NCBI GenBank assembly: GCA_036788695.1
Contig: DAIQMY010000001.1
Location: forward strand, 313,773-377,772
Source: Candidatus Levyibacteriota bacterium
Lineage (GTDB): Bacteria; Patescibacteriota; Microgenomatia; Levybacterales; GWA1-39-11
Direction of reading: 5' to 3'
Length of the DNA stretch: 64,000 bases
In this document: in pieces, positions 18,976-29,616 of the stretch
Position numbering within the stretch: the first letter of the stretch is position 1
Layout: each line of letters starts with the position of its first letter
Notes under the pieces: model-generated
Seen by the model: only the letters and a program-made list of their open reading frames with translations
What the model was told of the DNA's origin: nothing
The model's database searches: none
Made by a program: the position numbers and the translations under genes

Positions 18976-19443
18976 ATGGATAATAATTCTATGGAAAAAT
19001 TTGAAGAAAAGGTAATTCAGGTTTCCCGAGTTTCAAAAAAAACAAAAGGTGGGAATAAGGTTAGATTTGCCGCATTGGTAGTTGTAGGTGACAGACGAGG
19101 AAAAGTTGGAATTGGACTAGGTAAGTCTGGAGATGTAGCGCAGGCAATAGCAAAGGCTGTATCTTATGCGAAAAGAAGGATGATTTTTGTACCAATACAT
19201 AATGAAACAATCACGCAGCAAATCAGAGTAAAAAAAGGTGCTGCTCAAGTGCTTTTAAAGCCTGCACCTAAGGGTACCGGAATTATTGCAGGAGGAGCTA
19301 TAAGAAGCGTTGTTGAAGTAGCAGGAATTAGGAATATATCATCAAAGATTCTAGGATCTTCCAATAAAGCAGGAAATGCTCAAGCTACTTTTATGGCCTT
19401 AACGCAACTCGCGCAAGCTTATGAAGCAAGGGAGAACACATAA
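18976..19443 (+). CDS. rpsE: 30S ribosomal protein S5
   Basis: VVGDRRGKVGIGLGKS.DV..AI.KA. It is followed directly by rplO, with no rpmD (L30) between them. Confidence 0.95.
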   Translation: MDNNSMEKFEEKVIQVSRVSKKTKGGNKVRFAALVVVGDRRGKVGIGLGKSGDVAQAIAKAVSYAKRRMIFVPIHNETITQQIRVKKGAAQVLLKPAPKGTGIIAGGAIRSVVEVAGIRNISSKILGSSNKAGNAQATFMALTQLAQAYEARENT

Positions 19444-19444
19444 T

Positions 19445-19885
19445 ATGCAATTACATAATTTACCAAAAATAACAACAAAAGGATTAAGACGTGTAGGACG
19501 TGGACATGGATCAGGGCGTGTTAAAACTTCAGGGCGAGGAACAAAAGGTCAAAAAGCAAGAAGAGATATTAAGCTTCACTTTGAGGGCGGCGCGCTTCCT
19601 TTAATAAAGCGCTTACCATTTTTGAAGGGTAAGGGTAGAAATAAAACAATTAATCATGACCAAATTGTTTTAAATGTTAAGGACTTTAAAGGACTTCCAG
19701 AAAAAACGGTGATTGATTTAGATTTTCTTAAAAAATATAAACTGGTAGATATTGATAAAGCAAAAACGTATGGAGTAAAAATATTAGGAGAGGGAGAGGT
19801 TACAGTTCCATTAATAGTGAACTTCCCAGTTTCAAAAATAGCCAAGACAAAGATAGAAAAAGCGGGCGGGACAGTTTCCGTATGA
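19445..19885 (+). CDS. rplO: 50S ribosomal protein L15
   Basis: MQLHNLPK...[25 protein letters not shown]. Start ATG 19445 lies 1 nt after the rpsE stop and in frame with the ORF-track 19421. Confidence 0.92.
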   Translation: MQLHNLPKITTKGLRRVGRGHGSGRVKTSGRGTKGQKARRDIKLHFEGGALPLIKRLPFLKGKGRNKTINHDQIVLNVKDFKGLPEKTVIDLDFLKKYKLVDIDKAKTYGVKILGEGEVTVPLIVNFPVSKIAKTKIEKAGGTVSV

Positions 19886-21168
19886 ATCTTTTTTTAAAAC
19901 TTTTTAGAAATAGCGTAAGAGATAGGGAAATTCGCAAGAAAATCCTTATTACGCTTTTTCTGCTCCTCATGTTCAAGTTGTTTGCGCATATTCCAGTTTC
20001 TGGTGTAAACATAGCACAGCTAAAAAATCTTTTTGCTCAAAATCAGCTTTTAGGGTTTTTGGATATTTTTTCAGGAGGAACACTCTCAAATTTTTCGATT
20101 TTAGCCCTAGGGTTAAATCCCTATATCTATGCGTCAATAGTTTTACAGCTTCTTACAATCGTTTACCCAAAGCTTGAAGCACTCGCCAAGGAGGGAGAGT
20201 ATGGGAAGCAAAAAATAAATCAATATACTCGCTACATAACAATTCCACTCGCAATAGTGCAGGGGGTTGGTATGTATGCTCTATTAAGGAATCAAAACAT
20301 TGTTTCAAGTCTTTCACCTTTAGAAATTGTTTCTTTTATTGCTACATTAACGTGCGGAACTATGATTGCTATGTGGATTGGGGAGCTTATTTCCGAGCAG
20401 GGTATTGGGAATGGAATCTCAATTCTTATCTTTGCTGGTATTGTCGGACAAATACCGGTTATGCTTATGCAGACTATTACAACAATCACTGCTGAGCAAT
20501 TTTTAAATATTGGTATTATTGTTATTTCCGCTATTCTCCTTGTGGCTGCGGTTGTTGCAATTAATGAGGCAGTAAGGCGTGTACCAATTTATTACGCAAA
20601 GCGGGTGAGAGGTTCTAAGATGCTTGGTGGTCAATCAACACATTTGCCCTTAAAATTAAATCAAGCAGGTGTTATACCAATAATTTTTGCTGTTTCATTA
20701 GTGCTACTCCCTTCCGTTATTGCAAATTTTTTAACAACTACGCGTAATAATACACTCTCTTTTATAGGAACAAGCATCTCAACGTATTTGGACCCAAATG
20801 GGGCACTTTATAATATTTTGTACTTCTTGCTGGTTGTAGGATTTACCTATTTTTATACCGCAGTTGTTTTTAACCCATCAAAAATTGCTGAGGAAATTCA
20901 AAAGTATGGCGGATTTATACCTGGAGTAAGACCCGGTAAAGCGACGGCATCATTTTTGAACTTTATTGTTACAAGAATAACACTTGCCGGAGCAGTATTT
21001 TTAGGTATAATTGCAGTGTTACCGAATATAGGGCGAGTGATAACCGGAAATCAGACTCTTCTTATAGGAGGAACGAGTATTTTAATTGTTGTATCAGTTG
21101 TCATTGAAACTGTTAAAATATTAGATACGCAGATGGTGACGAAGAGTTATGAGAAATTTTTAAAGTAA
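19882..21168 (+). CDS. secY: Preprotein translocase subunit SecY
   Basis: 428 aa, 10 TM segments. [21 protein letters not shown] motifs. Confidence 0.95.
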   Translation: MNLFLKLFRNSVRDREIRKKILITLFLLLMFKLFAHIPVSGVNIAQLKNLFAQNQLLGFLDIFSGGTLSNFSILALGLNPYIYASIVLQLLTIVYPKLEALAKEGEYGKQKINQYTRYITIPLAIVQGVGMYALLRNQNIVSSLSPLEIVSFIATLTCGTMIAMWIGELISEQGIGNGISILIFAGIVGQIPVMLMQTITTITAEQFLNIGIIVISAILLVAAVVAINEAVRRVPIYYAKRVRGSKMLGGQSTHLPLKLNQAGVIPIIFAVSLVLLPSVIANFLTTTRNNTLSFIGTSISTYLDPNGALYNILYFLLVVGFTYFYTAVVFNPSKIAEEIQKYGGFIPGVRPGKATASFLNFIVTRITLAGAVFLGIIAVLPNIGRVITGNQTLLIGGTSILIVVSVVIETVKILDTQMVTKSYEKFLK

Positions 21169-21179
21169 GATAAGTACTC

Positions 21180-21731
21180 TTGATATATATGAAATTAATC
21201 TTAATAGGTATACAAGGAAGTGGTAAGTCTACACAAGGAAATATACTCTCCGAGAGATTGCATATACCCTATCTATCTTCTGGGCATATATTTCGTGAAA
21301 TGGCAAAAGAGAAAACTCCATTGGGTCGTTATATTAAAGAGACCATGAATGCAGGATTTTTGATCCCAGATGACAAAACACTAGAAATAGTTATTGAGTA
21401 TTTAGGGCGTTCAGAATATCGGGATGGTTATATTCTTGATGGATTTCCTAGAACTGTTCCACAGGCTGAAGCATTTCCAAATGGAGTAGAAAAGGTAATC
21501 TATCTGAGGGTGACTGATAAAGAGGCATTATGGAGATTAGCCGGTCGCGATGAGGAAGGAGTACGTGAGGACAACACATTGAAAGCTATTTTGAAGCGCA
21601 TAAATGAATTTCATACGAAAACAGAGCCTGTAATTGAATACTACAGGGAAAAAGGTAAACTACTTGAGATAAATGGGGAGAGACACATAGAAGAAATTGC
21701 CTCTGAGATACTTTCAGATATTCAGAAATAA
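21180..21731 (+). CDS. adk: Adenylate kinase (short-LID type)
   Basis: P-loop IGIQGSGKSTQG. NMP-binding GFLIPD...ILDGFPRT. Start may be ATG 21189 (MKLILIG). Confidence 0.85.
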   Translation: MIYMKLILIGIQGSGKSTQGNILSERLHIPYLSSGHIFREMAKEKTPLGRYIKETMNAGFLIPDDKTLEIVIEYLGRSEYRDGYILDGFPRTVPQAEAFPNGVEKVIYLRVTDKEALWRLAGRDEEGVREDNTLKAILKRINEFHTKTEPVIEYYREKGKLLEINGERHIEEIASEILSDIQK

Positions 21732-22301
21732 ATGATAAAACCTCAAATTGTAGGCATTACAGGAGCGTTTGGAAGTGGAAAATCTACTGCTTCTGATTTT
21801 ATTACCTCATTTGGATATAAGAAAATAAGATTATCGAAGTTTTTAGAGGATGAGCTCTTGTCTTCAGGAGATGTAGCTATAACTCGTAAGAAGCTTCAAG
21901 ATCTTGGTAACTCTTGGCGTAATGAGCATGGAAGCGGAGTACTAGGGAAAAAAGCAGTTGAATTTATTTTCACAAACAATGTTGAGAAAGTGGTTGTAGA
22001 GGGTATTCGAAATATTGAAGAGGTTCAAGAATTAAAAAAAATAGGTAAGGTGACTTTAATTGCGCTTATGGTTGATAGAAATGTTAGGTATAAGAGGTTA
22101 GAAAAGTTGACGAGAAGAGAAAAATTAACACCTGAATTATTTGAGAAATTAGACGCACGAGATTTGGGACTGGGGGAGAGTAAGTCTGGATTACAAACTG
22201 CTCTCTGTATCGCGTTATCAGACATATACATACAAAATAATACAAACGAGAAAGAGTTATGCGCTAAATTAGAAAAAGTGATAGCTGAGATTGAGAGGTA
22301 A
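21732..22301 (+). CDS. P-loop nucleotide kinase, CoaE/dNMP-kinase-like (paralogue 2)
   Basis: IVGITGAFGSGKST Walker A near N-terminus. 189 aa. Family assignment uncertain. Confidence 0.5.
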   Translation: MIKPQIVGITGAFGSGKSTASDFITSFGYKKIRLSKFLEDELLSSGDVAITRKKLQDLGNSWRNEHGSGVLGKKAVEFIFTNNVEKVVVEGIRNIEEVQELKKIGKVTLIALMVDRNVRYKRLEKLTRREKLTPELFEKLDARDLGLGESKSGLQTALCIALSDIYIQNNTNEKELCAKLEKVIAEIER

Positions 22302-22334
22302 TAAAAGAGATTTTTTAGTAACTATATTTTAAAA

Positions 22335-22907
22335 ATGAAAAACATATATGTTTTAATAGGGCCGCCATTATCCGGGAAGGAAACACAGGGAGAGTTATTG
22401 GAGACTTCTTTAGGAGGAATTCCAAGATTTTCAATGGGACATCTAATTCGTGAGGCAAGAAGTAAGGATCAAAGATTTGAAAACGCTTATCAACAATATA
22501 GTATGCAAGGGAAGCATTTACCCAATGAAATAAAATTTCCGCTTTTAGTAGATGAGATGAATAAGGCAAGTCAGTCTGGTTTTATTTTGGATAATTTTCC
22601 TGCAACAGAAGAAGACGTGGAATATTTAGAGAGATATCTTGCGGGAAAAGATTTGAATATGAAAACTGTAATTGTGTTAAATGTTTCAAGGGATGAAATG
22701 AAAAAGCGCTTTGAAATAGCAAAAAACAGGCGAGGTCGTGCAGATGATACAATTGAAAACATTGTTGATAGAAGAGAAATCCAAGATAGTGATCGTATGG
22801 CAGTGCTTAATCATTATGAAAAGATGGGATTGTTGAGGATGATTAATGGGGAGCAGTCTGTAGAGAAAGTTCATCAGGACATATTAAGGGAGATTGATCA
22901 ATCATAA
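22335..22907 (+). CDS. Adenylate/UMP-CMP kinase-family NMP kinase (paralogue 3)
   Basis: IGPPLSGKETQG P-loop. GFILDNFPAT NMP-binding. RRGRADD LID-like motif. Confidence 0.6.
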   Translation: MKNIYVLIGPPLSGKETQGELLETSLGGIPRFSMGHLIREARSKDQRFENAYQQYSMQGKHLPNEIKFPLLVDEMNKASQSGFILDNFPATEEDVEYLERYLAGKDLNMKTVIVLNVSRDEMKKRFEIAKNRRGRADDTIENIVDRREIQDSDRMAVLNHYEKMGLLRMINGEQSVEKVHQDILREIDQS

Positions 22908-22916
22908 GTTTTTAAA

Positions 22917-23696
22917 ATGAAAAATAATACTAAAACAAGTAGTCAAATAGAAATTATGGCAAAGGCAGGAGAAATGCTTGGGGTAGTTTTGGCAGAAACT
23001 CTAGCGTTGATTAAGCCTGGGATAACAGAACTTGAGCTCGATGAGTTTGCAGATAAAAGAATAGTAGAGCTAGGTGGTTATCCCGGGTTCAAGAAGGTTG
23101 AGGGGTATAAACATGCTATTTGTGTTGCCACCAACGACATTGTGGTTCACGGCATACCGAAAAAAAGGATTCTTCGGGGAGGAGATATTATTGCAGTAGA
23201 TGCTGGAGTATTCCTTGATGGGTTTCACTCTGACATGGCAGAGACAGTCATAGTTGGGAAAGCACAAAATAATGGAATTCACCGGTTTTTAGAGTTAGGC
23301 AAAAAAGCAATGTATGCAGGTATCATGCAGGCAAAACCCGGCAACCGTGTTGGAGATATTTCAAAAGCAATACAAGAGATTGTGGAAAAACAAGGAGGGT
23401 ATTCAGTTGTCCATTCTCTTGTGGGTCATGGTGTAGGAAGAGACCTTCATGAAGGCCCTCAAGTTCCAGGTTATTTACGTGGAAGAATAGAGAAAACACC
23501 ACTTCTTGTTCCAAGTATGACTATTGCAGTTGAAGTAATTTATAATATGGGTGATCAGGAAGTTGAATATGAGGGTTCAGATGACTGGACAATTGCTACA
23601 AAAGACCATTCCTTGTCTGGAGTTTTTGAGAGAACAATCGTTATAACAGATGCAGGACCAAAGCTTTTAACCCACTTTCCAGGAGAGCAACTATAG
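22917..23696 (+). CDS. map: Methionine aminopeptidase type I
   Basis: Metal ligand context D(A)VDAG...HG.GR.LHE.P. Confidence 0.9.
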   Translation: MKNNTKTSSQIEIMAKAGEMLGVVLAETLALIKPGITELELDEFADKRIVELGGYPGFKKVEGYKHAICVATNDIVVHGIPKKRILRGGDIIAVDAGVFLDGFHSDMAETVIVGKAQNNGIHRFLELGKKAMYAGIMQAKPGNRVGDISKAIQEIVEKQGGYSVVHSLVGHGVGRDLHEGPQVPGYLRGRIEKTPLLVPSMTIAVEVIYNMGDQEVEYEGSDDWTIATKDHSLSGVFERTIVITDAGPKLLTHFPGEQL

Positions 23697-23792
23697 CCTT
23701 GATATGAGGCTTAGTATCTGATAGAATATACAAATACTTAAGCTCTCTTAGAGGAATCTCAAGGGAGAATTTTTGAGTTTAGGGATATACGG

Positions 23793-24014
23793 ATGGCGCA
23801 TCAAGGATCAATAGAAGTAGACGGAATCGTAAAAGAGGTTTTGCCCAATACTTTATTTAGAGTTGAAATAGAAGGTGGGAGGGTAGTTCTCTGTCATCTT
23901 TCGGGTAAGATGAGGATTCATTTTATAAAAATTTTACCAGGGGATAGGGTACGGATAGAAATGACGCCATACGATAAAACAAAGGGAAGAATTACCTTTA
24001 GACATAGAAGCTAA
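23793..24014 (+). CDS. infA: Translation initiation factor IF-1
   Basis: 73 aa, S1-like OB fold. Starts [29 protein letters not shown]...IL.GD.V..E..PYD motif. Confidence 0.95.
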   Translation: MAHQGSIEVDGIVKEVLPNTLFRVEIEGGRVVLCHLSGKMRIHFIKILPGDRVRIEMTPYDKTKGRITFRHRS

Positions 24015-24042
24015 AAATTCAGTAGTGTGATCTATTAAAAAT

Positions 24043-24435
24043 ATGAGAGTAGCAGGTGTAAATGTACCAGATGGAAAAAGAGCAGATATAGCGCTTACCT
24101 ATATTTATGGGGTAGGTCGTTCTAACGTGAAAGAAATTTTAGTAAAAGCTAAAATAGAGCCTGATAGAAGAATAAATACTCTATCTGAGGAAGAATTAAC
24201 ACAAATCCAGAAGGCACTTGATTCAATTAAAATCGAAGGAGACTTAAGGGGCGAAATTTTTGAAGACATTAAGCGTCTTAAAAATATAAGTTCTTATAGG
24301 GGATTAAGACATGCAAGAAATCTCCCAGCGCGAGGTCAAAGAACTCGTTCTAATGCTCGTACAAAGCGTGGAAAGAGAGTTACTATTGGTGCAATCAAAA
24401 AAGAGGTTGCAGAAAAAATGGGACTTAATAAGTAG
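24043..24435 (+). CDS. rpsM: 30S ribosomal protein S13
   Basis: MRVAGVNVPDGKR...YIYGVGRS. Confidence 0.95.
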   Translation: MRVAGVNVPDGKRADIALTYIYGVGRSNVKEILVKAKIEPDRRINTLSEEELTQIQKALDSIKIEGDLRGEIFEDIKRLKNISSYRGLRHARNLPARGQRTRSNARTKRGKRVTIGAIKKEVAEKMGLNK

Positions 24436-24452
24436 GAAAAACTATAAACAAT

Positions 24453-24851
24453 ATGGCAAAAGTACAAGTAAAAACAACAAAAACAAAAAAGAAAAAAATG
24501 GTGACAACATCAGCGGGTCGTGTATATGTAAGTACAACATTTAATAACACAATTGTTACTGTAACAAATGAAAAGGGTGACGCTCTTTCATGGAGTTCAT
24601 CTGGGAACATGGGTTATAAGGGTACAAGAAAGTCTACTCCTTTCGCGGCGACTCAAGCTGTTGATGAGGCATTAAAACGAGCAAGAGAAGTTGGTCTGCA
24701 ATCAGTAGAGGTGTATATTAAAGGTCCTGGGGTTGGACGTGATGCGGCTTTGCGTGCAGTTAGAAATTCTGGTCTTACAATTTCAATGATAGCAGATGTA
24801 ACGCCTATTCCACACAATGGAGTAAGGGCAAAGAAGAAGAGACGAGTATAG
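24453..24851 (+). CDS. rpsK: 30S ribosomal protein S11
   Basis: TFNNTIVTVT...G..LSWSS.G...YKGTRKSTPFAA. Confidence 0.95.
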   Translation: MAKVQVKTTKTKKKKMVTTSAGRVYVSTTFNNTIVTVTNEKGDALSWSSSGNMGYKGTRKSTPFAATQAVDEALKRAREVGLQSVEVYIKGPGVGRDAALRAVRNSGLTISMIADVTPIPHNGVRAKKKRRV

Positions 24852-24866
24852 TAATAAATATTTATT

Positions 24867-25454
24867 ATGGCAAGATATACAGGACCAAAACATAGATTAG
24901 CAAGACTTGAGGGTGTAAATATTCTCGAGAAAACATCTAATTCTCTTGAGCGTAGATTGAATATTATTCCTGGAATTCATGGAAAGAAAGGGAGAAGAAA
25001 AACGTCAGAGTATGGACTACAGTTAAGGGAGAAGCAAAAGCTTAAAAAAATATATGGTCTTTTGGAAAAGCAATTTAGAAATTACGTTGATCTTGCACAG
25101 AGTAAGAAAGCAAATACAGAAGATGCCTTGGTTCAACTTCTTGAAACAAGACTAGATAATATTGTTTACCGTTTGGGTTTTGCTCGATCCAGAAATCAGG
25201 CTCGTCAAATGGTTTCACACAAGCACGTATTCGTAAATGGAAAAAAAGTAAATATCCCTTCATATAGAGTAAAAGAAGGAGATTCAATTACTTTTGCAAC
25301 TAAAATGATTAAGACTGAGGAAGAAGAAGCACGCGCAGTTTTACCATTTGTTGAAAGAGAAATAGATTCTGGTAAGCTTATGAGGCTTCCTGAGAGTAAA
25401 GATGTGCCAAATCCAGTAGATTATCAATTGGTTATTGAATTTTACTCTAGATAG
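24867..25454 (+). CDS. rpsD: 30S ribosomal protein S4 (non-zinc form)
   Basis: MARYTGPK..LARLEG. S4 RNA-binding domain. Confidence 0.93.
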   Translation: MARYTGPKHRLARLEGVNILEKTSNSLERRLNIIPGIHGKKGRRKTSEYGLQLREKQKLKKIYGLLEKQFRNYVDLAQSKKANTEDALVQLLETRLDNIVYRLGFARSRNQARQMVSHKHVFVNGKKVNIPSYRVKEGDSITFATKMIKTEEEEARAVLPFVEREIDSGKLMRLPESKDVPNPVDYQLVIEFYSR

Positions 25455-25541
25455 TAGTACAATAACGATTATAGAAGCCTAGCGTATGGGTTATTACTCA
25501 TATTGTGTAGGCTTCAATTCTGTCATTTTGGAGTTATAAAT

Positions 25542-26465
25542 ATGATCAGTCCTAAATTTAAAGTAGTTGAAGAGAATACGCAAGAAAATTATACAAGATT
25601 TGTTTTTGAACCACTTGAACCTGGTTTTGGAAACACCTTAGGAGTTGCGCTTCGTCGTGTGCTTCTGACTGGTATTGAAGGATCAGCAGTTACTTCAGTA
25701 AAAATTAATGGTGTAAAACACATGTTTTCAACCCTCCCTGGATTAAAAGAAGATATTATTGAGCTTATACTTAACATTAAGATGTTGAGAGTTAAAATGG
25801 CTGAAAGCAAAAAGGAAGCTAAGTTAACGCTTGAAGTAACAGGACCAGGAGATATTACTGCATCTAATATAGAAGTAACAGACGGCATAGAAATAGTAAA
25901 CTCTGATCATTACCTAGGTTCTCTTTCTGATAAAAAATCAAAACTAGAAATGGAAATGACAGTTGAGCGTGGTCTTGGATACTCACTTGCAGAAGAAAGA
26001 AAGATTTCAACAGTTGGAGTCATTCCGATCGATGCAATCTTTTCACCTGTTGTAAGAGTAAATTATAAGGTTGAGCAAACACGTGTAGGACGTCAAACAA
26101 ACTATGATAAGCTCGTTCTTGACGTATGGACTGATGGAACAATTGTTGCCTCCGTTGTTTTGGAGCAGGCAGCTCGCATTTTAGTCGCATACTTTATGAG
26201 AATATATGAGCAAGATGAAGATGTTGTAGCTGAGCAAATTATATCTTCACCAAAATTATCTGATGATGTAGCAAGAATGACAGTTGATGAGTTGGACTTG
26301 CCTACAAGAATCTATAATTCCCTAAGAAATGCTGGTATAGAAACTGTTGGTCAACTTTTAACAACTCCTAAAAAAGAATTAATGAATTATAGAAACCTTG
26401 GGGCAAAATCACTCTCCGTTATTGATGAAAGCCTTAAGGAAAAAGGAATAGATTTCAACATCTAA
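25542..26465 (+). CDS. rpoA: DNA-directed RNA polymerase alpha subunit
   Basis: N-terminal domain FVFEPLEPGFGNTLG.ALRRVLL. C-terminal domain ELDL.TR..N.L..AGI.TVG.L. Start ATG 25542, in frame with ORF-track 25503. Confidence 0.93.
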   Translation: MISPKFKVVEENTQENYTRFVFEPLEPGFGNTLGVALRRVLLTGIEGSAVTSVKINGVKHMFSTLPGLKEDIIELILNIKMLRVKMAESKKEAKLTLEVTGPGDITASNIEVTDGIEIVNSDHYLGSLSDKKSKLEMEMTVERGLGYSLAEERKISTVGVIPIDAIFSPVVRVNYKVEQTRVGRQTNYDKLVLDVWTDGTIVASVVLEQAARILVAYFMRIYEQDEDVVAEQIISSPKLSDDVARMTVDELDLPTRIYNSLRNAGIETVGQLLTTPKKELMNYRNLGAKSLSVIDESLKEKGIDFNI

Positions 26466-26503
26466 AGTTCTGCTTTAAAAATTTCGGTTTGATACATATT
26501 AAT

Positions 26504-26527
26504 GCGTCTTAACCGACGCTTTTTTTA
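26504..26527 (+). terminator. Rho-independent terminator/attenuator between rpoA and rplQ
   Basis: GCGTC-TTAACC-GACGC stem-loop followed by T8. Confidence 0.6.
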
Positions 26528-26533
26528 TAAAAG

Positions 26534-27010
26534 ATGAGAAAAAGAGTATTTGGTAAAAAATTAAAAAGAACAACGAATCAAAGAAAGGCGCTTTTTAGAT
26601 CGCTCACACAAGCGCTTGTTTTGCATGGTAGAATAAAAACAACGGAAGCTAAGGCAAAAGCAATAAAAGGAGAAATTGAAAAATTAATAACATATGCAAA
26701 GAATCATAAAGAAAACGCATATAACCACTTACAGCATCATGTGCACCCAAAAACAGCCGAGGGAATTATAACAATAGCACCAGTATTTGAAAATAGACCA
26801 GGAGGATACACAAGAATTATAAGAATTGGTGGAAGAAAAAAGGATAATGCAGCAATGGTATTATTGGAATTTGTAGAAAAGACACAGTCTGTTATCATTG
26901 AGGAACCAAAGAAAACTGAAAAGAAAGTTATTGAAAAAGCTACTAAAGAAAACGATAAAAAAATAAAGAAAGGAAAGGATGCAAAACCTAACAAAACCAA
27001 CAAAAAGTAA
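26534..27010 (+). CDS. rplQ: 50S ribosomal protein L17 with K-rich C-terminal tail
   Basis: L17 core (LGR...HR.ALFR.L...L..HGRI.TT.AKAK). Tail KKTEKKVIEKATKENDKKIKKGKDAKPNKTNKK. Confidence 0.9.
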   Translation: MRKRVFGKKLKRTTNQRKALFRSLTQALVLHGRIKTTEAKAKAIKGEIEKLITYAKNHKENAYNHLQHHVHPKTAEGIITIAPVFENRPGGYTRIIRIGGRKKDNAAMVLLEFVEKTQSVIIEEPKKTEKKVIEKATKENDKKIKKGKDAKPNKTNKK

Positions 27011-27431
27011 AGAAATAATTCGCTCATGGCATCTTGTGGATGCAAATGGTGCAATTCTAGGCAGAACAGCCACAATTATTGCAGAATCCCTCATGGGTAA
27101 AGGAAAATCATATTTTGCAAAGAATATGGATTGTGGAGATTATGTTGTGGTAATAAACGCAGCCATGGTTAAAGTTACAGGTAACAAGGAGAAAAACAAG
27201 ATATACACGAGGTATTCAGGCTATCCAGGCGGACTTCATTCAAAGCGTTTGGAAGAGGTAAGAGAATCTAGGCCAACTGAGATTATAAGACATGCAGTTT
27301 CAGGAATGCTTCCCAAAAACAAATTAAGAGCGCAGATGTTAAAGCGACTTTATATATACAAGAATACAGAACATCCATATGAGGATAAATTAAAGAGTAA
27401 GATTCTGAAAGATAAAAATGAGGAGAAATAA
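26979..27431 (+). CDS. rplM: 50S ribosomal protein L13
   Basis: W.LVDA.G.ILGR.AT.IA..L.GK.K. Overlaps the rplQ tail by 32 nt. Confidence 0.9.
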   Translation: MQNLTKPTKSKEIIRSWHLVDANGAILGRTATIIAESLMGKGKSYFAKNMDCGDYVVVINAAMVKVTGNKEKNKIYTRYSGYPGGLHSKRLEEVRESRPTEIIRHAVSGMLPKNKLRAQMLKRLYIYKNTEHPYEDKLKSKILKDKNEEK

Positions 27432-27436
27432 AAAAA

Positions 27437-27898
27437 ATGGATAAAGTAGAAATAAAAACAAAACCATCAAAAAATTACATAAGTGCGGTAGGTAGACGCA
27501 GAGAAGCTGTTGCGCGCGTAAGAATTTACACTGCGACCGGTAAAATTGAAGTTTTTGATGAAGAGAGAAAAAGAGGAGATATAGTAATAAATAAAAAACC
27601 CGTTATGGAATATTTTTCTTTCGCGTCTTCTGCCTCAAAATATAAAAAATTATTAGGTGAGACAGGGGTAGATGGAAAGTATGTAATTTCCGCAAGAATT
27701 ACAGGTGGAGGGCTTAATGGACAATTGGAAGCATTCGTACATGGGGTAGCACGTGCATTAGATAAAATTGATAAAGAGAAGCATCACAAAGTGTTATCAG
27801 ACAATGGTTATCTTACTCGTGACCCAAGAACTCGTGAGCGACGCAAAGTCGGAAACGCTGGGAAAGCACGTCGTAAGAAGCAGTCACCAAAGCGTTAA
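27437..27898 (+). CDS. rpsI: 30S ribosomal protein S9
   Basis: C-terminal ...DPRTRERRKVGNAGKARRKKQSPKR. Confidence 0.93.
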   Translation: MDKVEIKTKPSKNYISAVGRRREAVARVRIYTATGKIEVFDEERKRGDIVINKKPVMEYFSFASSASKYKKLLGETGVDGKYVISARITGGGLNGQLEAFVHGVARALDKIDKEKHHKVLSDNGYLTRDPRTRERRKVGNAGKARRKKQSPKR

Positions 27899-27922
27899 AG
27901 TTCAAGCTCAAACTCCATTTAT

Positions 27923-28414
27923 TTATTCCACTGCTTTTTTAATTACATCAAAGGAAAACCCGCGAGACTGAAGAAGACGCATCATTTTTTCTTTAAATTG
28001 AAGCTTATCTAAATGAGAATAAATTCTTTTTTTCCTTTCAACAAATGCTTTTGCGGTTATAAAGTCATCTTGCGCATTTTTTGAAACAGTGCTAATAATA
28101 TCATCATTTATTCCCTTTTGCTTTAGTTCATAGGAAATAAAATACTTGCTTTTTCCTTTATACTGTTGCCTGCTGCGAGCGAAACTTCTCCCAAATTCCT
28201 CATCATTTAAGAAATTTAATTCTGTAAGTCTTAGAATCGTTTGAGGAATAACGTTATCTACAAACCCTTTTTTTGCTAAATAATCCTCTATTTCTTTGGT
28301 GCTTCTTGCACGTAAAGACAAATATCTTACAGCACTATTAAATGCGTATTGTGGGTCGTTGGGGTGTACGTTACTGAAGGGCTTCTTCCTCATTTTCCTC
28401 TTTTGTTTCCTCAA
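27923..28414 (-). CDS. recX: Recombination regulator RecX
   Basis: Immediately downstream of recA on the same strand. Repeated helical RecX-like pattern ([13 protein letters not shown]...L..KG...). Start may be the internal Met (28393). Confidence 0.6.
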   Translation of the reverse strand: MRKQKRKMRKKPFSNVHPNDPQYAFNSAVRYLSLRARSTKEIEDYLAKKGFVDNVIPQTILRLTELNFLNDEEFGRSFARSRQQYKGKSKYFISYELKQKGINDDIISTVSKNAQDDFITAKAFVERKKRIYSHLDKLQFKEKMMRLLQSRGFSFDVIKKAVE

Positions 28415-29489
28415 TTCCTACTTCTATCATAGGCTTTTGTGATTCTGACTTTTTCATCACTTCATCAACTATTTTTTTTGCTGTATCTTTGTGTTCAGTA
28501 AGATATGCTTTTGCTGACTCTCGTCCTTGACCAAGCATTAATTCGCCATACCGTAAGAATGCTCCAGATTTTTGAATTACACCTGTTTCAATTCCCACAT
28601 CTAAAATATTACCCTCGCGAGAGATTCCAATACCGCCCATTACGTCGAATTCAGCAACTCGAAACGGTGGGGATACTTTATTTTTTACAACTTTGACGCG
28701 GGTTCTATTTCCAATTACTTTATCCCCATCTTTTAATGTTTCAATTTTTCTAACATCAAGCCGAATTGATGCATAAAATTTCAATGCCATTCCTCCGGTA
28801 GTTGTTTCAGGATTACCAAACATAACTCCAATTTTTTGCCTGAGTTGGTTTGTGAATATGACAATAGTTTTAGATTTTGAAATTGCAGCAGTAAGTTTTC
28901 TTAGCGCCTGAGACATAAGTCTTGCCTGCATTCCCATAACTGCGTCTCCCATTTCTCCCTCTATTTCAGCGCGGGGAACAAGTGCAGCCACAGAGTCGAT
29001 TACTATTACATCTACTCCTCCTGATCTAATAAGCTGTTCAGTGATTTCAAGCGCTTGTTCTCCTGTATCCGGTTGAGAAATGATAAGATCTTCCAGCTTT
29101 ACGCCAATAGTCTGCGCCCATAATGGGTCGAGAGCATGTTCTGCATCTATAAATGCCGCTATCCCTCCTATTTTTTGAGCTTCTGCAATAACTGAAAGGC
29201 AAAGGGTAGTTTTCCCTGATGCTTCGGGTCCAAATATTTCAATAATACGACCACGGGGAAATCCCCCAACTCCAAGTGCTAAGTCTAGGGCAAGTGCTCC
29301 TGTTGGAATTACTTCTATAGCCATTTTCCCTGCTGAGTCGCCAAATTTCATAATGGATCCTTTTCCATACTGTCTTTGTATTTGTTCCATTGCCATATTA
29401 ATTGCCTGAAGACGTTGAGAGGAGGATGCGGAAGCGTTTGCTGCAGTTGTTGATAATCCGTTTGTGGTGTTTGCTTTTGGTTTTGCCAT
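28371..29489 (-). CDS. recA: Recombinase RecA
   Basis: GPEASGKTT Walker A. L2 loop [20 protein letters not shown]. 372 aa. Confidence 0.97.
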   Translation of the reverse strand: MAKPKANTTNGLSTTAANASASSSQRLQAINMAMEQIQRQYGKGSIMKFGDSAGKMAIEVIPTGALALDLALGVGGFPRGRIIEIFGPEASGKTTLCLSVIAEAQKIGGIAAFIDAEHALDPLWAQTIGVKLEDLIISQPDTGEQALEITEQLIRSGGVDVIVIDSVAALVPRAEIEGEMGDAVMGMQARLMSQALRKLTAAISKSKTIVIFTNQLRQKIGVMFGNPETTTGGMALKFYASIRLDVRKIETLKDGDKVIGNRTRVKVVKNKVSPPFRVAEFDVMGGIGISREGNILDVGIETGVIQKSGAFLRYGELMLGQGRESAKAYLTEHKDTAKKIVDEVMKKSESQKPMIEVGIEETKEENEEEALQ

Positions 29490-29616
29490 ATTCTTTTAGT
29501 TCTTCTTCTTTTCGAGTTTTATTGTAACAACTTTCGTATTAATTTCAACCATACGCACTATATCAAAAAGTAGCAAAATATCCATTCCTGTAAAAATTTG
29601 GTAAAATCACATGTTA

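Noticed and set aside
26737-27094. Antisense ORFs (112 and 77 aa) within rplQ/rplM
   Set aside because: They lie opposite highly conserved r-protein genes and are typical low-complexity antisense artefacts. The same applies to the other short minus-strand ORFs inside tuf, rplC-rplD, secY, recA, the helicase gene and so on.
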